The notes under the pieces: generated by a model
Database searches by the model: none
What the model saw: the letters and a program-made list of their open reading frames with translations, nothing else
What the model was told of the DNA's origin: nothing
Source: Bacillales bacterium
Lineage (GTDB): Bacteria > Bacillota_I > Bacilli_A > RFN20 > CAG-826
Reading direction: 5' to 3'
DNA: 64,000 nucleotides
Assembly: GCA_052171195.1 (NCBI GenBank)
Contig: JBQMZB010000001.1
Span: 336,734-400,733 of the forward strand
Shown here: positions 30,271 to 41,001 of the stretch, one piece after another
How the letters are laid out: each line of letters opens with the position of its first letter
Position numbering within the stretch: the first letter of the stretch is position 1
Position numbers and translations under genes: made by a program

Positions 30271-31344
30271 ATGTATAAAATTAGAAAAATAAAAAAGAAA
30301 ATTATTAATTATCTTTATGATCATGAATATGCAAAAGAAACTTTAACGCTTATTAAATTAATTGTAATTACTTTAATAAGTTCTTTTTTGTTTACTTTTG
30401 GTTTTAATTCATTTACTAATCCAAATTTTACTGCTATAGCAAACGGAGGGATTGATATAAGTAATGTTTATATACGTCAGCTCGCAAGCTGTGGAGCGAG
30501 TGGTATATCTCAATCACTTTTAACCATTCTTAAAATTTGTAATCTTCAATGGTTAGCAGATGAAAAAAATGCAAATATTTTATATTGGATATTTTATCTA
30601 TCTGTTAATATACCTTTATTAATTCTTGGATGGTTTAAAATTGGTAAAAGATTTGCTTTTTTAACGTTCTTAAATGTTTTTGCTGCCACTGTTTTTGGTA
30701 TTTTATTAAAAAGTGAAGATCCTAATTTTATTACAAATCAAATTTCTAAAATATTTATTGCTCAACCGCTTTCACGCGCAATTTTTGCTGGTATTTTTAC
30801 TGGTGTTGCTTCCGGTCTTGCATATATGATTGAAAGTAGCGCTGGAGGAGCAGATATTTTAAGTTATTATATTAGTGAAAAAAAATCAATCCTTGTTGGT
30901 AAGTATAGTTTAATAATAAATCTTTGTATTATCACATTATTTTCCCTATTATCAATTATTCCGTTAAAACCACCTTTTGAGCAAGGATCAGTTGCGATTT
31001 ATTCTGCTGTTTCAATATTTTTATGTACGGTATGTTATATGATTGTTGTTACATTTACAGTTGATAAAATTAATACACAAAATAAAAAAGTACAAGTTCA
31101 AATTATTACTTCAAAACAAAATTTAAGTGAAAGTATTATTGCAGCGCTTCCTCATAGTTGCACAATTCTTAATGGAATAGGTGGATATAGTTTAGATAAT
31201 AAGATAGTTTTATATATATCTGTTAGAAAAAAAGAATTAAATAAATTAATAAAAATATGTAAAAATGAAGATAAATATGCATTTTTAAATGTTATTCCAC
31301 TTGAAAATGTATATGGTAAATTCTTTAGAAAACCAATTAGATAA
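30271..31344 (+). CDS. YitT-family membrane protein (DUF161 + C-terminal DUF2179)
   Basis: Polytopic N-terminal part, then C-terminal 'LPHSCTILNGIGGYS...ISVRKKELNKL'. Confidence 0.5.
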   Translation: MYKIRKIKKKIINYLYDHEYAKETLTLIKLIVITLISSFLFTFGFNSFTNPNFTAIANGGIDISNVYIRQLASCGASGISQSLLTILKICNLQWLADEKNANILYWIFYLSVNIPLLILGWFKIGKRFAFLTFLNVFAATVFGILLKSEDPNFITNQISKIFIAQPLSRAIFAGIFTGVASGLAYMIESSAGGADILSYYISEKKSILVGKYSLIINLCIITLFSLLSIIPLKPPFEQGSVAIYSAVSIFLCTVCYMIVVTFTVDKINTQNKKVQVQIITSKQNLSESIIAALPHSCTILNGIGGYSLDNKIVLYISVRKKELNKLIKICKNEDKYAFLNVIPLENVYGKFFRKPIR

Positions 31345-31385
31345 ATTTTATATATAGTAATAATGATAATATAATTGATAAAATT

Positions 31386-31475
31386 TGGCGGAGAAAGAGG
31401 GATTTGAACCCTCGCAGGCTATTAACCTCTATCAGTTTTCGAGACCGACCCCTTCAGCCACTTGGGTATTTCTCC
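31386..31475 (-). tRNA. tRNA-Ser (anticodon CGA), 90 nt, CCA encoded
   Basis: The reverse complement folds as a type II tRNA. Acceptor GGAGAAA/TTTCTCC, D-arm CCC..GGG, anticodon loop CT-CGA-AA, long variable arm and T-arm AGGGT-TCAAATC-CCTCT. Confidence 0.85.
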
Positions 31476-31815
31476 TTATTTACTAATTATATAGTAATTT
31501 ATCTTTAATGTTAATTATCTTTATATTTAATAGTCGTAAAATTTTACTAGGAAAAATATTAGTTATTTTTTAGTAGAATTTAAATAAACTCCATTCGATA
31601 ATTTTATAATTATTTTTGTTAAATATACTTAACTTTAACTAAAAATAATAAAAAATTAACTATATTTTATATATTCTTTTTCTTTTTTTAAAAATAGAAT
31701 TAGAAAGAATTATAAATTTATAATTTTCATTAAATTTATTAATTATATACTTATAATTAAATAAAAAAATACAAATAAACTTTATAAATATGGTAAAAAT
31801 GATATTATAATTTAT

Positions 31816-33582
31816 ATGAATATAATAAAAAACTTATTATTTATATATTTAACAAATCTAAAACTCAAAGGTAATATTTTATTTATAACTATCATATTGT
31901 TTATTATATCTGGGTTTATTTTATTAACATTTTTTTTGATGTATTATGAAAAAAAATCAAGACATAACCAAATTTTAAAAATGTATCATTGTGATAGAAT
32001 ATTTGTTATCAATTATAAAGATAAAATTGTTGATTTTTTTGATTATAATAATCTTAAAAAAATATCTACTATACAATTCTTTGATTTTTTAAAGTTTTTC
32101 CCAGAACAAGAACAAAATAATATAAGAGCGTATATTGCTGGTTTGTTAAATTTAGAATTTGATAAGAAAAGTAAAGATTCAGTAATATTAACAAATATTA
32201 AAATTCAATATAAAAAGAAATCAGTAGCCTATCGTACAATTTTAAAATGTAGGTATATCGATAAAACAAATCAAATTCTATATATTGACTCATCGAGGTT
32301 AATGAATTCTCCTAGCTTTAATTTTAAAAGATCGTCTAAAAAAGATATTTATGAAATAAAAGAAATTAAGAAATTATATGATGAAGGAAAATTTAATAAA
32401 GGTAGTTTTTATTTATTAAATTTTACAATGAATAATAAAGTTAATTCTTTTATTAATAATCATGTTTTTAAAATAATTTTAATTGATTCGATATACAAAA
32501 TTACAAATAATAACACTTCGTGTTTCTTTTTAAATGATGATAATTTAGAAATAGGTTTATTAGATAATAGAAATTTTACATCATTAGAAATGTCAACGTT
32601 TCTCTCTAAAATAGTGAAAAGAATTGAAATAGCCTTTGAATTAAATGGTCTTAAAGATTTATATAATTACTATATATGTAGTTCGCTTGTCTGTGATTTA
32701 CCATTATATTACGATGATGCCTATATAACCTTAAGTACTTTCTTAAAAAAATCAAAAGATATTAATAGAGTAATTTCAGTTTATAAGAGTAATGATAAAA
32801 ATATTTTAACAGAATTTAATTTCAAAAATGAAATTAATAAGATTATCAAGCATTCTGAATTTAAAATAAAATATCAACCTATTATTCAGATTAAACCTCA
32901 CGCTATCACCATCAACGGATATTTTGTCTCAATTGATATAAATTCGAAATTTATTAATGATTATAATAGCTTTATTAATTACGTTAAAAATTATTCAATG
33001 TTAGATAATGTATTAACAACGTTGTTAAATAAAATTGTACCTAATTTCGTTAATCAAATTGATGATAAAAATTTAAAACTTATTATCAATTTAGATTTAG
33101 ACTCATTTAAGGTTGTAAAAGATATTCTTCCTAAAATTCATAAAATTAATGATTGTAAATTAGAAATTGTATTAAATTCAAGTGAGATAACCAATATAGA
33201 AGATGAAAATGATGAAATTATTATGATAATTAGAGAATTAAAAAAGAATGGTCATTTTGTTAGTCTTTTAATCAAGAATGATGACTTAATTTTGAAAGAA
33301 AGAATATATCGTATATTTAATAACTATTATGTAGATTCAGCTTTAGAAAATGATCTTAAGGAAGATTCTAGAAGTTTGATTAAAGCTAGTTCATTATTCT
33401 CTTATCTCCAAAAAATGAATCATAAAGTCATTGCCATGAATATTAATTCTTTTTCTGCAATTGAATTATTATTAAATTTGTCTATTAATCATTTCTCAAG
33501 TGTAGTAATATCTAAATCAGAAGAAATGGTTTTACCTTTGGATAATAAGGTAGTTAAAAAATTATTAAATTTAAGAAAGTAG
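31816..33582 (+). CDS. Membrane-anchored protein with a degenerate EAL-like C-terminal domain, possibly preceded by a degenerate GGDEF-like region
   Basis: N-terminal TM helix. Residues about 345-588 carry 'KYQPIIQIKPHAITINGYFVSID' (YQPI present, EAL degenerate), 'LEIVLNSSEI', 'HFVSLLIKNDD' (DDFGTG lost) and 'VIAMNINSF' (EGVE lost). Very AT-rich. Confidence 0.4.
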   Translation: MNIIKNLLFIYLTNLKLKGNILFITIILFIISGFILLTFFLMYYEKKSRHNQILKMYHCDRIFVINYKDKIVDFFDYNNLKKISTIQFFDFLKFFPEQEQNNIRAYIAGLLNLEFDKKSKDSVILTNIKIQYKKKSVAYRTILKCRYIDKTNQILYIDSSRLMNSPSFNFKRSSKKDIYEIKEIKKLYDEGKFNKGSFYLLNFTMNNKVNSFINNHVFKIILIDSIYKITNNNTSCFFLNDDNLEIGLLDNRNFTSLEMSTFLSKIVKRIEIAFELNGLKDLYNYYICSSLVCDLPLYYDDAYITLSTFLKKSKDINRVISVYKSNDKNILTEFNFKNEINKIIKHSEFKIKYQPIIQIKPHAITINGYFVSIDINSKFINDYNSFINYVKNYSMLDNVLTTLLNKIVPNFVNQIDDKNLKLIINLDLDSFKVVKDILPKIHKINDCKLEIVLNSSEITNIEDENDEIIMIIRELKKNGHFVSLLIKNDDLILKERIYRIFNNYYVDSALENDLKEDSRSLIKASSLFSYLQKMNHKVIAMNINSFSAIELLLNLSINHFSSVVISKSEEMVLPLDNKVVKKLLNLRK

Positions 33583-33588
33583 GTTATT

Positions 33589-35028
33589 ATGGATAACAAT
33601 CAACAATTTAAAAATAAAGAAATAACTTCTAGAGATGAAGATTTTTCAAAATGGTATACAGATCTTTGCATTAAAGCCGAATTAATGGATTATAGTGATG
33701 TTAAAGGATTTATTATTTATCGACCTTATGGTTATGCTATTTGGGAAAACATCCAAGAATGGTTAAATAAAGAATTTAAAAAGAATAAAGTTTCTAACGT
33801 TTATTTGCCTTTAGTAATTGCATCTTCGCAATTTCAAAAAGAAAAAGATCATATTAAAGGTTTTGCTCCTGAAACATTAATTGCGACTAAGGCTGGTATA
33901 AATGATATTGAAGATCCTTTAATTATCAGACCAACAAGTGAAGTATTATTTTGTAATCATTATAAAGACATTATTCAATCTTATAGAGATTTACCTAAAA
34001 TTTATAACCAATGGTGTTCTGTTGTTAGATGGGAAAAAACAACAAGACCTTTTTTAAGAGGTAGCGAATTTTTATGGCAGGAAGGACATACAATGCATTC
34101 TTCCGAGGTTGAAGCAAGAGAATTAACTTTAAAAATGCTTGATGTCTACGATCGTTTAGGCAAAGAAGTATTAGCGATACCTTTTATTAAAGGAAGAAAA
34201 ACTGAAAAAGAGAAATTTGCTGGAGCCAAAGAAACTTACTCTATTGAAGCTTTGATGCACGATGGAAAAGCCTTACAATGTGGTACTACTCATTATTTTG
34301 GAAATGATTTTGCTAAAGCATTCGGAATACAATATTTAGATAAAGACGGAGCCTTAAAAACGCCATATCAAACAAGTTGGGGTGTCAGCACACGTTTAAT
34401 TGGCGCAATAATTATGGTTCATGGAGATGATAATGGATTAGTTTTACCTCCTAAAATTGCTCCTACACAAGTTTCTATAATACCTATTCAACAAACTAAA
34501 GAAGGTGTTAGCGCTAAGTGTAAAGAAATTGAATCTATCTTAAATAATAATGATATTAGAACTAGTTTAGATTTATCCGATCACACTCCAGGCTGGAAAT
34601 TTTCTAACGCTGAAATGTTAGGAATTCCATTGAGAATTGAATTAGGACCAAGGGATTTGAAAAATAATCAAGCTGTATTGGTTAGAAGGGTTGATGGCGT
34701 TAAAAGAATTATCAATTTAGATGACATTATTCAAGAAGTTCAAGTTGAGCTTGAAAGCATTCATAGTGTTATGTATAAAAAAGCTCTAGATCATGTTTTA
34801 AATAATATTACTGAAGTGCACACGATTGAAGAGTTAAAAGAAGTTGTTGATAAAGGTGGTTATGCCAAAATGATGTGGGATGGCGATCAAAAATGTGAAG
34901 AAAAGATTAAAGAATTAACCAATGCAACCGCTAGAGTTATACCTTTTGATCAAATAGAATTTGATAAAGAGTGCGCTATTTGTCATAAAAAAGCAAAATA
35001 TGTAGTCTTATTTGCTAAAGCGTATTAA
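33589..35028 (+). CDS. proS: Proline--tRNA ligase (short archaeal/eukaryal-type class II)
   Basis: 479 aa with class II motifs and a C-terminal zinc-binding 'CAICHKKA'. Confidence 0.9.
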   Translation: MDNNQQFKNKEITSRDEDFSKWYTDLCIKAELMDYSDVKGFIIYRPYGYAIWENIQEWLNKEFKKNKVSNVYLPLVIASSQFQKEKDHIKGFAPETLIATKAGINDIEDPLIIRPTSEVLFCNHYKDIIQSYRDLPKIYNQWCSVVRWEKTTRPFLRGSEFLWQEGHTMHSSEVEARELTLKMLDVYDRLGKEVLAIPFIKGRKTEKEKFAGAKETYSIEALMHDGKALQCGTTHYFGNDFAKAFGIQYLDKDGALKTPYQTSWGVSTRLIGAIIMVHGDDNGLVLPPKIAPTQVSIIPIQQTKEGVSAKCKEIESILNNNDIRTSLDLSDHTPGWKFSNAEMLGIPLRIELGPRDLKNNQAVLVRRVDGVKRIINLDDIIQEVQVELESIHSVMYKKALDHVLNNITEVHTIEELKEVVDKGGYAKMMWDGDQKCEEKIKELTNATARVIPFDQIEFDKECAICHKKAKYVVLFAKAY

Positions 35029-35176
35029 TATTCTTATTTCATTTGACGCTTTAATTAAAAATTATATTTATATGCGTATATTATTTGTAATATTAATTCA
35101 ATAATAAAAGAATTAATCATACTTTATTAATTTCTTTATATAAATTATTAATTATTATGATATAATAATATCCGTT

Positions 35177-35264
35177 GGAGAAATACCCAAGTGGTGAAGG
35201 GGACAGTTTGCTAAACTGTTAGGTCGGCAACGGCGCGAGGGTTCGATCCCCTCTTTCTCCGCCA
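35177..35264 (+). tRNA. tRNA-Ser (anticodon GCU), 88 nt, CCA encoded
   Basis: Acceptor GGAGAAA/TTTCTCC, anticodon arm ACAGT-TTGCTAA-ACTGT, long variable arm and T-arm GAGGGTTCGATCCCCTC. Confidence 0.9.
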
Positions 35265-35277
35265 AATTTAAAATTAC

Positions 35278-35300
35278 TCCGAAATTTCGGATTTTTTTTA
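35278..35300 (+). terminator. Rho-independent terminator after tRNA-Ser(GCU)
   Basis: TCCGAAATTTCGGA palindrome plus a T8 run. Confidence 0.8.
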
Positions 35301-35368
35301 TTTATCAAATAATCGATATATTTAAATATCGTTTATTAATAATAAGATTTTTTTGTTATAATTTTACT

Positions 35369-37254
35369 ATGTCTTTAATTAGTTTTTCTAACGTTACTAA
35401 ATATTACTCCAATGATCTTATTTTGGATCATATTTCTTTTAATATTAATAAAAATGAAAAAGTTGCTTTGATTGGAGATAATGGTACTGGAAAAACTACT
35501 ATTTTAAAAATGATTTTAAATGAAGAAGATATGACTCCAATTTATAATGAAGAAATAAAAGGTAATATAAGCATTTTAAAAAATACAAGGATAGGTTACT
35601 TAAACCAAAATTGTATTGAAGATGTAAATAATACAGTTTATCAAGAACTTTTACTTGTCTTTAAAGATCAAATTGAGCTTAATTTCAATATTGATAAAAT
35701 GTTAGAACTTATAAAATCTAATCCTAATGATTTAGAATTGTTAAACCAATATGAAATTTAACTAATAAATTTAAAGAAAATGGTGGATATGATTTTGAAA
35801 ATAAGATAGATTTTTACTTATCTAAATTTAATTTTCCTTTATCAATTAAAGACAGAAAAATATCTTTATTATCTGGTGGAGAAAAAATGAAGATTGCATT
35901 TATCAAAATTTTATTATTAAATTATGATTTATTGCTTCTTGATGAACCTACAAATCATATCGATTTATTAACTATAGAATGGTTAGAAAACTTTTTAACG
36001 AATTATCAAGGCACTATTTTATTTATTTCACATGATAGATATTTTATTAGCAAATTAGCTACGAAAATATTAGAGTTACAAAATCATAAAATTAATACAT
36101 ATAATTCAAATTACGATACATATTTAAAACTTAAACATGATAAATATGAATTTTTATTAAAAGAATCGATTAAAGAACAAAAATTAATTGAAAAATATCA
36201 AAAATTTATCGAATATTTTATGCCTAAACCAAGATTTGCCTCAAGAGCTAAAGATAGAGTTAAAAAACTTGAAAAATTAAATAATAATTTAACAATCGTA
36301 CCTAATACTTCTAATAATAAAATAAATATAAATTTAATAGGTGAAATTTATGAAAATAAGCAAGTATTAGAATTTAAAGACGTTGAAGTTGGATATAATT
36401 TTTCATTAATAAAACCTTTTTCAATTACTTTATATGGTCAAGATAGATTAGCGATAGTTGGAGAAAATGGAATCGGTAAAACAACTCTAATTAAAACGAT
36501 TCTTAATAAAATACCAATTTTTAAAGGAAGTATCAATACTTTACGAAAAATTAGTATTGGATATATAGATCAAGAAAATCGCTTTGATAATGAGAATCTA
36601 GATGCTTTAACAATCCTAAAAAATAATTTTCCTGAAGAAAAGGAGTCATATTTGAGAGGTATATTAGGCAAGTTTTTATTTAAAGATGATGAAATTTATA
36701 AAAAAGTATGTTTAATGTCAAATGGAGAAAAAACAAGGTTAATTCTTTCTATTATTTCAAATAAAGTAAATGATTTATTAATTTTAGATGAACCTACAAA
36801 CCATTTAGATATTATAAGTAAAGAATGTTTAATTGAAGCTTTAAAAAAATATAAAGGATGTATTATTTTTATATCGCATGATCGTTATTTCATTAATGAG
36901 TTATCTAATAATATTTTGTATTTAGCAAAACATTTTTCTTATATTAATTCTGGTAATTTAGACGATAATTTGGAAAAAATCGAATCTTTAAAAAATAATT
37001 TTAATTCAAAAGACGATAAAATAGAAACAAAGAAAGATTTTAATAAACCTTTAAAAGATAATAAATTATCAAATAATAAAATTATTCAATTACAAAAAGA
37101 ACTTTTTGAGATTGAAAATAAGATTAAAGAAATAGATGATTTATTAAATAAAAATAATCTTGAATATTTCAAATACGATGAACTTAACAAAGAAAAAGAA
37201 ATTCTAGAAAGTAAATATTTTGAAATTATGTTAGTTTTAGAAAATAATATTTAA
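35369..37254 (+). pseudogene. ABC-F family ATPase (Uup/EttA/YdiF-like) split by a 1-nt frameshift in a T-run near 35752-35761
   Basis: ORF1 35369..35761 carries NBD1 Walker A 'GDNGTGKTT'. In the other frame the protein continues from 35755 without a stop, 'NLTNKFKENGGYDFENKIDF...LSGGEKMKIAF...LLLDEPTNHID', then NBD2 'GENGIGKTT', 'MSNGEKTR' and 'LILDEPTNHLD'. One extra T in 'AAATTTAAC' would restore a single ORF of about 628 aa. Confidence 0.7.
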
Positions 37255-37327
37255 TACTAAGTAAAATCATTTAAAAAGTAATGGTTTAACTTTATAATTA
37301 ATTTAGTAATATTAGCGAGGATTAAAT

Positions 37328-40300
37328 ATGGATAAGGTTAAGAAAAAATATGTAATTATGGATGGCAATAAAGTTGCAGCTTATTATTCCTATTATTTCA
37401 CTGAGGTTGCTGCAATTTATCCAATTACACCTTCATCCCCAATGGCTGATTCAGTTGATGTTTATTCCTCCTTAGGAAAAATAAATTTTTTTAATTCAAC
37501 AGTTAAAGTTTGTGAGATGCAATCTGAAGGAGGTGCAGCTGGTGCACTTCATGGTATTTTACAAGCTGGTTCATATGGTACTACTTTTACAGCATCTCAA
37601 GGCCTCTTATTAATGTTACCTAATATTTATAAATGGGTAGGAGAACTTCTCCCTGCAGTTATAGAAGTAAGTGCAAGATCAATTGCTTCAAGATCTTTAT
37701 CAATTTTTGGAGATCATCAAGATATTTACGCTATTAGACAAAGCGGAATATGCATGATTTGTAGTAATAGTGTACAAGAAGTTGCTGACCTTACACCGAT
37801 TGCACATTTAATAGCTATGAAAGCTAGTTATCCTGTTTGTCATTTCTTTGATGGATTTAGAACAAGTCACGAAATACAAAAAATTGAAACAATTGATATA
37901 GAAGAATATAGAAAACTTTTACCATTAAAAGAAATTGAAAATTTTAGAAAAAACGCACTAAATCCTCACGGTAATCCTGTAGCTAGAGGTGGTGCAGAAA
38001 ATGATGATATATATTTTACAGGCTTAGAATCACAAAATATATATGTTAATAATGTTTTAAAAATAGCCAAAGAATACCTTAAAATTTCAAGTGAACTAAC
38101 AAATAGAAAATATGCACCTTTCGTCTATATAGGTTCTAAAAACGCCAAAAGAGTTATTGTAGCAATGGGAAGCGTTTGTGAAACTATTGAAGAAGTTGTA
38201 ACCGATCTTAATTCAAAAGGCGAGGACGTAGGATTAATTAAAGTAATTTTATATAGACCTTTCTCAGTAGATGATTTTGTTAATGTTATTCCAAAATCTT
38301 GTGAGACTATTTCTGTTTTGGATAGAACTAAAGAAAAAGGATCACTTGGAGAACCTTTATTTTTAGATGTATCTCCATCTTTAAAACTTAAAAATATTAC
38401 TAATATTAAAGTAGTTGGTGGAAGATATGGTTTAAGTAGTAGAGACACTCAACCAAAAGATATAAAATCAATATTTGATTGGATGAAGACAAAGAATATA
38501 CATCATAATTTTGTAATAACTTTAAATGATGATTTAACTAACTTATCTATACCATTAATAGATAAAGATTATTATATTAAAAATGAATATAGGTCTTGCA
38601 TATTCTATGGGTTAGGAAGTGACGGTACTGTTAGCGCTAATAAATCATCAATTAAAATTATAGGTGAAGCAACGTCTAATTTTGTTCAAGCTTATTTTGC
38701 CTATGATTCCAGAAAAGCAGGAGGAATAACTAGAAGCTTTTTAAGATTCGGACCTAATAAAATAAAATCTACATATTATATTAAGAAGGCTGATTTTATC
38801 AGTGTTTCTCTTGATACATATTTATTTAAATTTGATATTTTAAAAGATATTAAAAGAAACGGTGTATTCTTATTAAATACAAACATAGAAAAAGATAAAA
38901 TAGAAGATTTTTTACCAAATAAAGTGAAAAAACAATTAGCAGAGAAGAATATAGAATTTTATATTATTAACGCTAATAAAATTGCTTCTGAACTTGGTAT
39001 GGGTAGACATACGAATACTATTTTACAGTCAGCTTTTTTCTTTTTGAATAGCAACTTAATACCATATGAAATTTCAAATAAATTAATGAAAGATTTTGCT
39101 AGAGAAACATATAGTAAAAAAGGTGAAGAAGTTGTAAATCAAAATATTAATGCAATAGACGAAGCTATTAACTCCCTTGTTAAAATAGAAGTGAAAACTG
39201 CGTGGAAAGAAATTCCTATCTATAAAAAGGTAAGTGTAAATAATGATTCATATTTTGTAGATTTTATTGATCCTATTAATGAACTAAATGGATATGAAAT
39301 ACCAACTTCAGTTTTCTTAAAACATAATTTATCAAATGGTAATTTCCATTCTAATGTAACCTTTAAGGAAAAAAGAGCAATATCTAGTTTAGTTCCTAAA
39401 TGGAATAAAGAAAATTGTATTCAATGCAATAATTGTGCTTTTGTTTGTCCTCATGGAACTATTAGGTCTTTTTTAGTAACTGATGATGAAATAAATAATG
39501 GACCAGATGGATTGAATGATTTAGTCACTGAAAATAAAATTAAAACTTTAAGTCAATATAAATATATTATTCAAGTATCGCCAGAAAATTGTGTAGGATG
39601 TGGTTTGTGCATAAAAGAATGTTTAGCAAATAAGACGGCAGAAAAATTAAATAATAATAAATTTGCTTTAGAGTTTGCCGATGCTAAATCTCAATATCCA
39701 TTAGAAAAATATGCAGATTATTTATATAAAAATATTGAATATAAAAATGTTATGCCTACTAATTCCGTTAAAGGTGTAAGTTTTCTTCATCCTTACCATG
39801 AAGTAAGTGGAGCATGTCAAGGTTGCGGCCAAACTCCATATATTAGATTGTTATCCCAATTATATGGAAAAGATTTAATGATAGCTAATGCAACTGGATG
39901 TTCATCGATTTATAATGGTTCTATTCCTCTTTCTCCATTTGTAAAAGATAAAAATAATGAAGGAATTGCCTGGGCTAACTCACTTTTTGAAGATAATGCT
40001 GAATATGGTTATGGTATGAGGTTAGCAACTAATTACAAATTACAACAAATTTTACAAATTTGTAACGATGTTTTAAGTAGTAACGAATCAATTGAAGAAG
40101 AGTTAAAAGAATTATTAAAGAAATATGTTGAAAATATTAAAGATAAAGAATTTGTTAGATCTATTTATTTTGATTTAATTAAACTTATTAATTTTAGTGA
40201 AAATTTAAAAGTTAAAAAACTATTAGAATTTAAAAACGATTTAATTGATAAATCAATATGGATTATTGGCGGAGATGGTTTTGCTTATGATATAGGCTAT

Positions 40301-40897
40301 GGTGGATTAGATCATGTTTTAGCCAGTGAAGATGATGTTAATATCATGGTTTTAGATAATGAACAATACGCTAATACGGGTGGTCAAGCATCAAAATCAA
40401 CTCAAAGTGGTACTATTGCACAATTCGCAAGTTCTGGTAAAAAAACAAAAAAGAAAAATCTTGCCCTTTTAGCTATGGCTTATGGCGATGTATATGTTGC
40501 TCAGATAGCATTAGGTGCAAATCCTATAAAAGCTATTCAAGCAATTAAAGATGCTGAAAGTTATCCTGGAGTAAGTTTAATTATTTGTTATACACCTTGT
40601 ATTAATCAAGGTATAAGAGGTGGTCTAATTAATTCAATAGAACAAGAACGAAAAGCAGTCGAATGTGGCTTTTTTACAACATGGAGATACGATCCTAGAT
40701 TAATTAAAGAAGGTAAAACACCATTACAATTAGACTGTAAAGAACCTGATTTTGATAAATTTAATGATTTCTTACTTAGTGAAAATAGATTTTCTCAACT
40801 TAGTAAAGTTAACCCTGAAGAATGGGAATCATTATTTAATAAAACAAAAAATGATGCTATAGATAGATGGGAAAAAGTTAAAAAATTAGGTTTATAA
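37328..40897 (+). CDS. nifJ: Pyruvate:ferredoxin (flavodoxin) oxidoreductase, single-chain
   Basis: 1189 aa. Two ferredoxin-like 4Fe-4S motifs 'CIQCNNCAFVCP' and 'CVGCGLCIKEC', and TPP-binding 'GGDGFAYDIGYGGLDHV'. Confidence 0.92.
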   Translation: MDKVKKKYVIMDGNKVAAYYSYYFTEVAAIYPITPSSPMADSVDVYSSLGKINFFNSTVKVCEMQSEGGAAGALHGILQAGSYGTTFTASQGLLLMLPNIYKWVGELLPAVIEVSARSIASRSLSIFGDHQDIYAIRQSGICMICSNSVQEVADLTPIAHLIAMKASYPVCHFFDGFRTSHEIQKIETIDIEEYRKLLPLKEIENFRKNALNPHGNPVARGGAENDDIYFTGLESQNIYVNNVLKIAKEYLKISSELTNRKYAPFVYIGSKNAKRVIVAMGSVCETIEEVVTDLNSKGEDVGLIKVILYRPFSVDDFVNVIPKSCETISVLDRTKEKGSLGEPLFLDVSPSLKLKNITNIKVVGGRYGLSSRDTQPKDIKSIFDWMKTKNIHHNFVITLNDDLTNLSIPLIDKDYYIKNEYRSCIFYGLGSDGTVSANKSSIKIIGEATSNFVQAYFAYDSRKAGGITRSFLRFGPNKIKSTYYIKKADFISVSLDTYLFKFDILKDIKRNGVFLLNTNIEKDKIEDFLPNKVKKQLAEKNIEFYIINANKIASELGMGRHTNTILQSAFFFLNSNLIPYEISNKLMKDFARETYSKKGEEVVNQNINAIDEAINSLVKIEVKTAWKEIPIYKKVSVNNDSYFVDFIDPINELNGYEIPTSVFLKHNLSNGNFHSNVTFKEKRAISSLVPKWNKENCIQCNNCAFVCPHGTIRSFLVTDDEINNGPDGLNDLVTENKIKTLSQYKYIIQVSPENCVGCGLCIKECLANKTAEKLNNNKFALEFADAKSQYPLEKYADYLYKNIEYKNVMPTNSVKGVSFLHPYHEVSGACQGCGQTPYIRLLSQLYGKDLMIANATGCSSIYNGSIPLSPFVKDKNNEGIAWANSLFEDNAEYGYGMRLATNYKLQQILQICNDVLSSNESIEEELKELLKKYVENIKDKEFVRSIYFDLIKLINFSENLKVKKLLEFKNDLIDKSIWIIGGDGFAYDIGYGGLDHVLASEDDVNIMVLDNEQYANTGGQASKSTQSGTIAQFASSGKKTKKKNLALLAMAYGDVYVAQIALGANPIKAIQAIKDAESYPGVSLIICYTPCINQGIRGGLINSIEQERKAVECGFFTTWRYDPRLIKEGKTPLQLDCKEPDFDKFNDFLLSENRFSQLSKVNPEEWESLFNKTKNDAIDRWEKVKKLGL

Positions 40898-41001
40898 GTC
40901 AATTATATATTTATAATTATTGTCCATTTTAATAATTTTATATTGAAATAGTTTTAATATAGTGCTAATCTAGTTAGTATAACTAGATAAGGTGGTTTAT
41001 T

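Noticed and set aside
31386-35264. Interpreting the inverted tRNA-Ser pair as boundaries of an integrated mobile island
   Set aside because: The interval contains essential proS, and no integrase, direct-repeat att duplication or transposase is visible. Only the EAL-like gene looks foreign by composition, so this is kept as a finding with caveats and not annotated as a mobile element.
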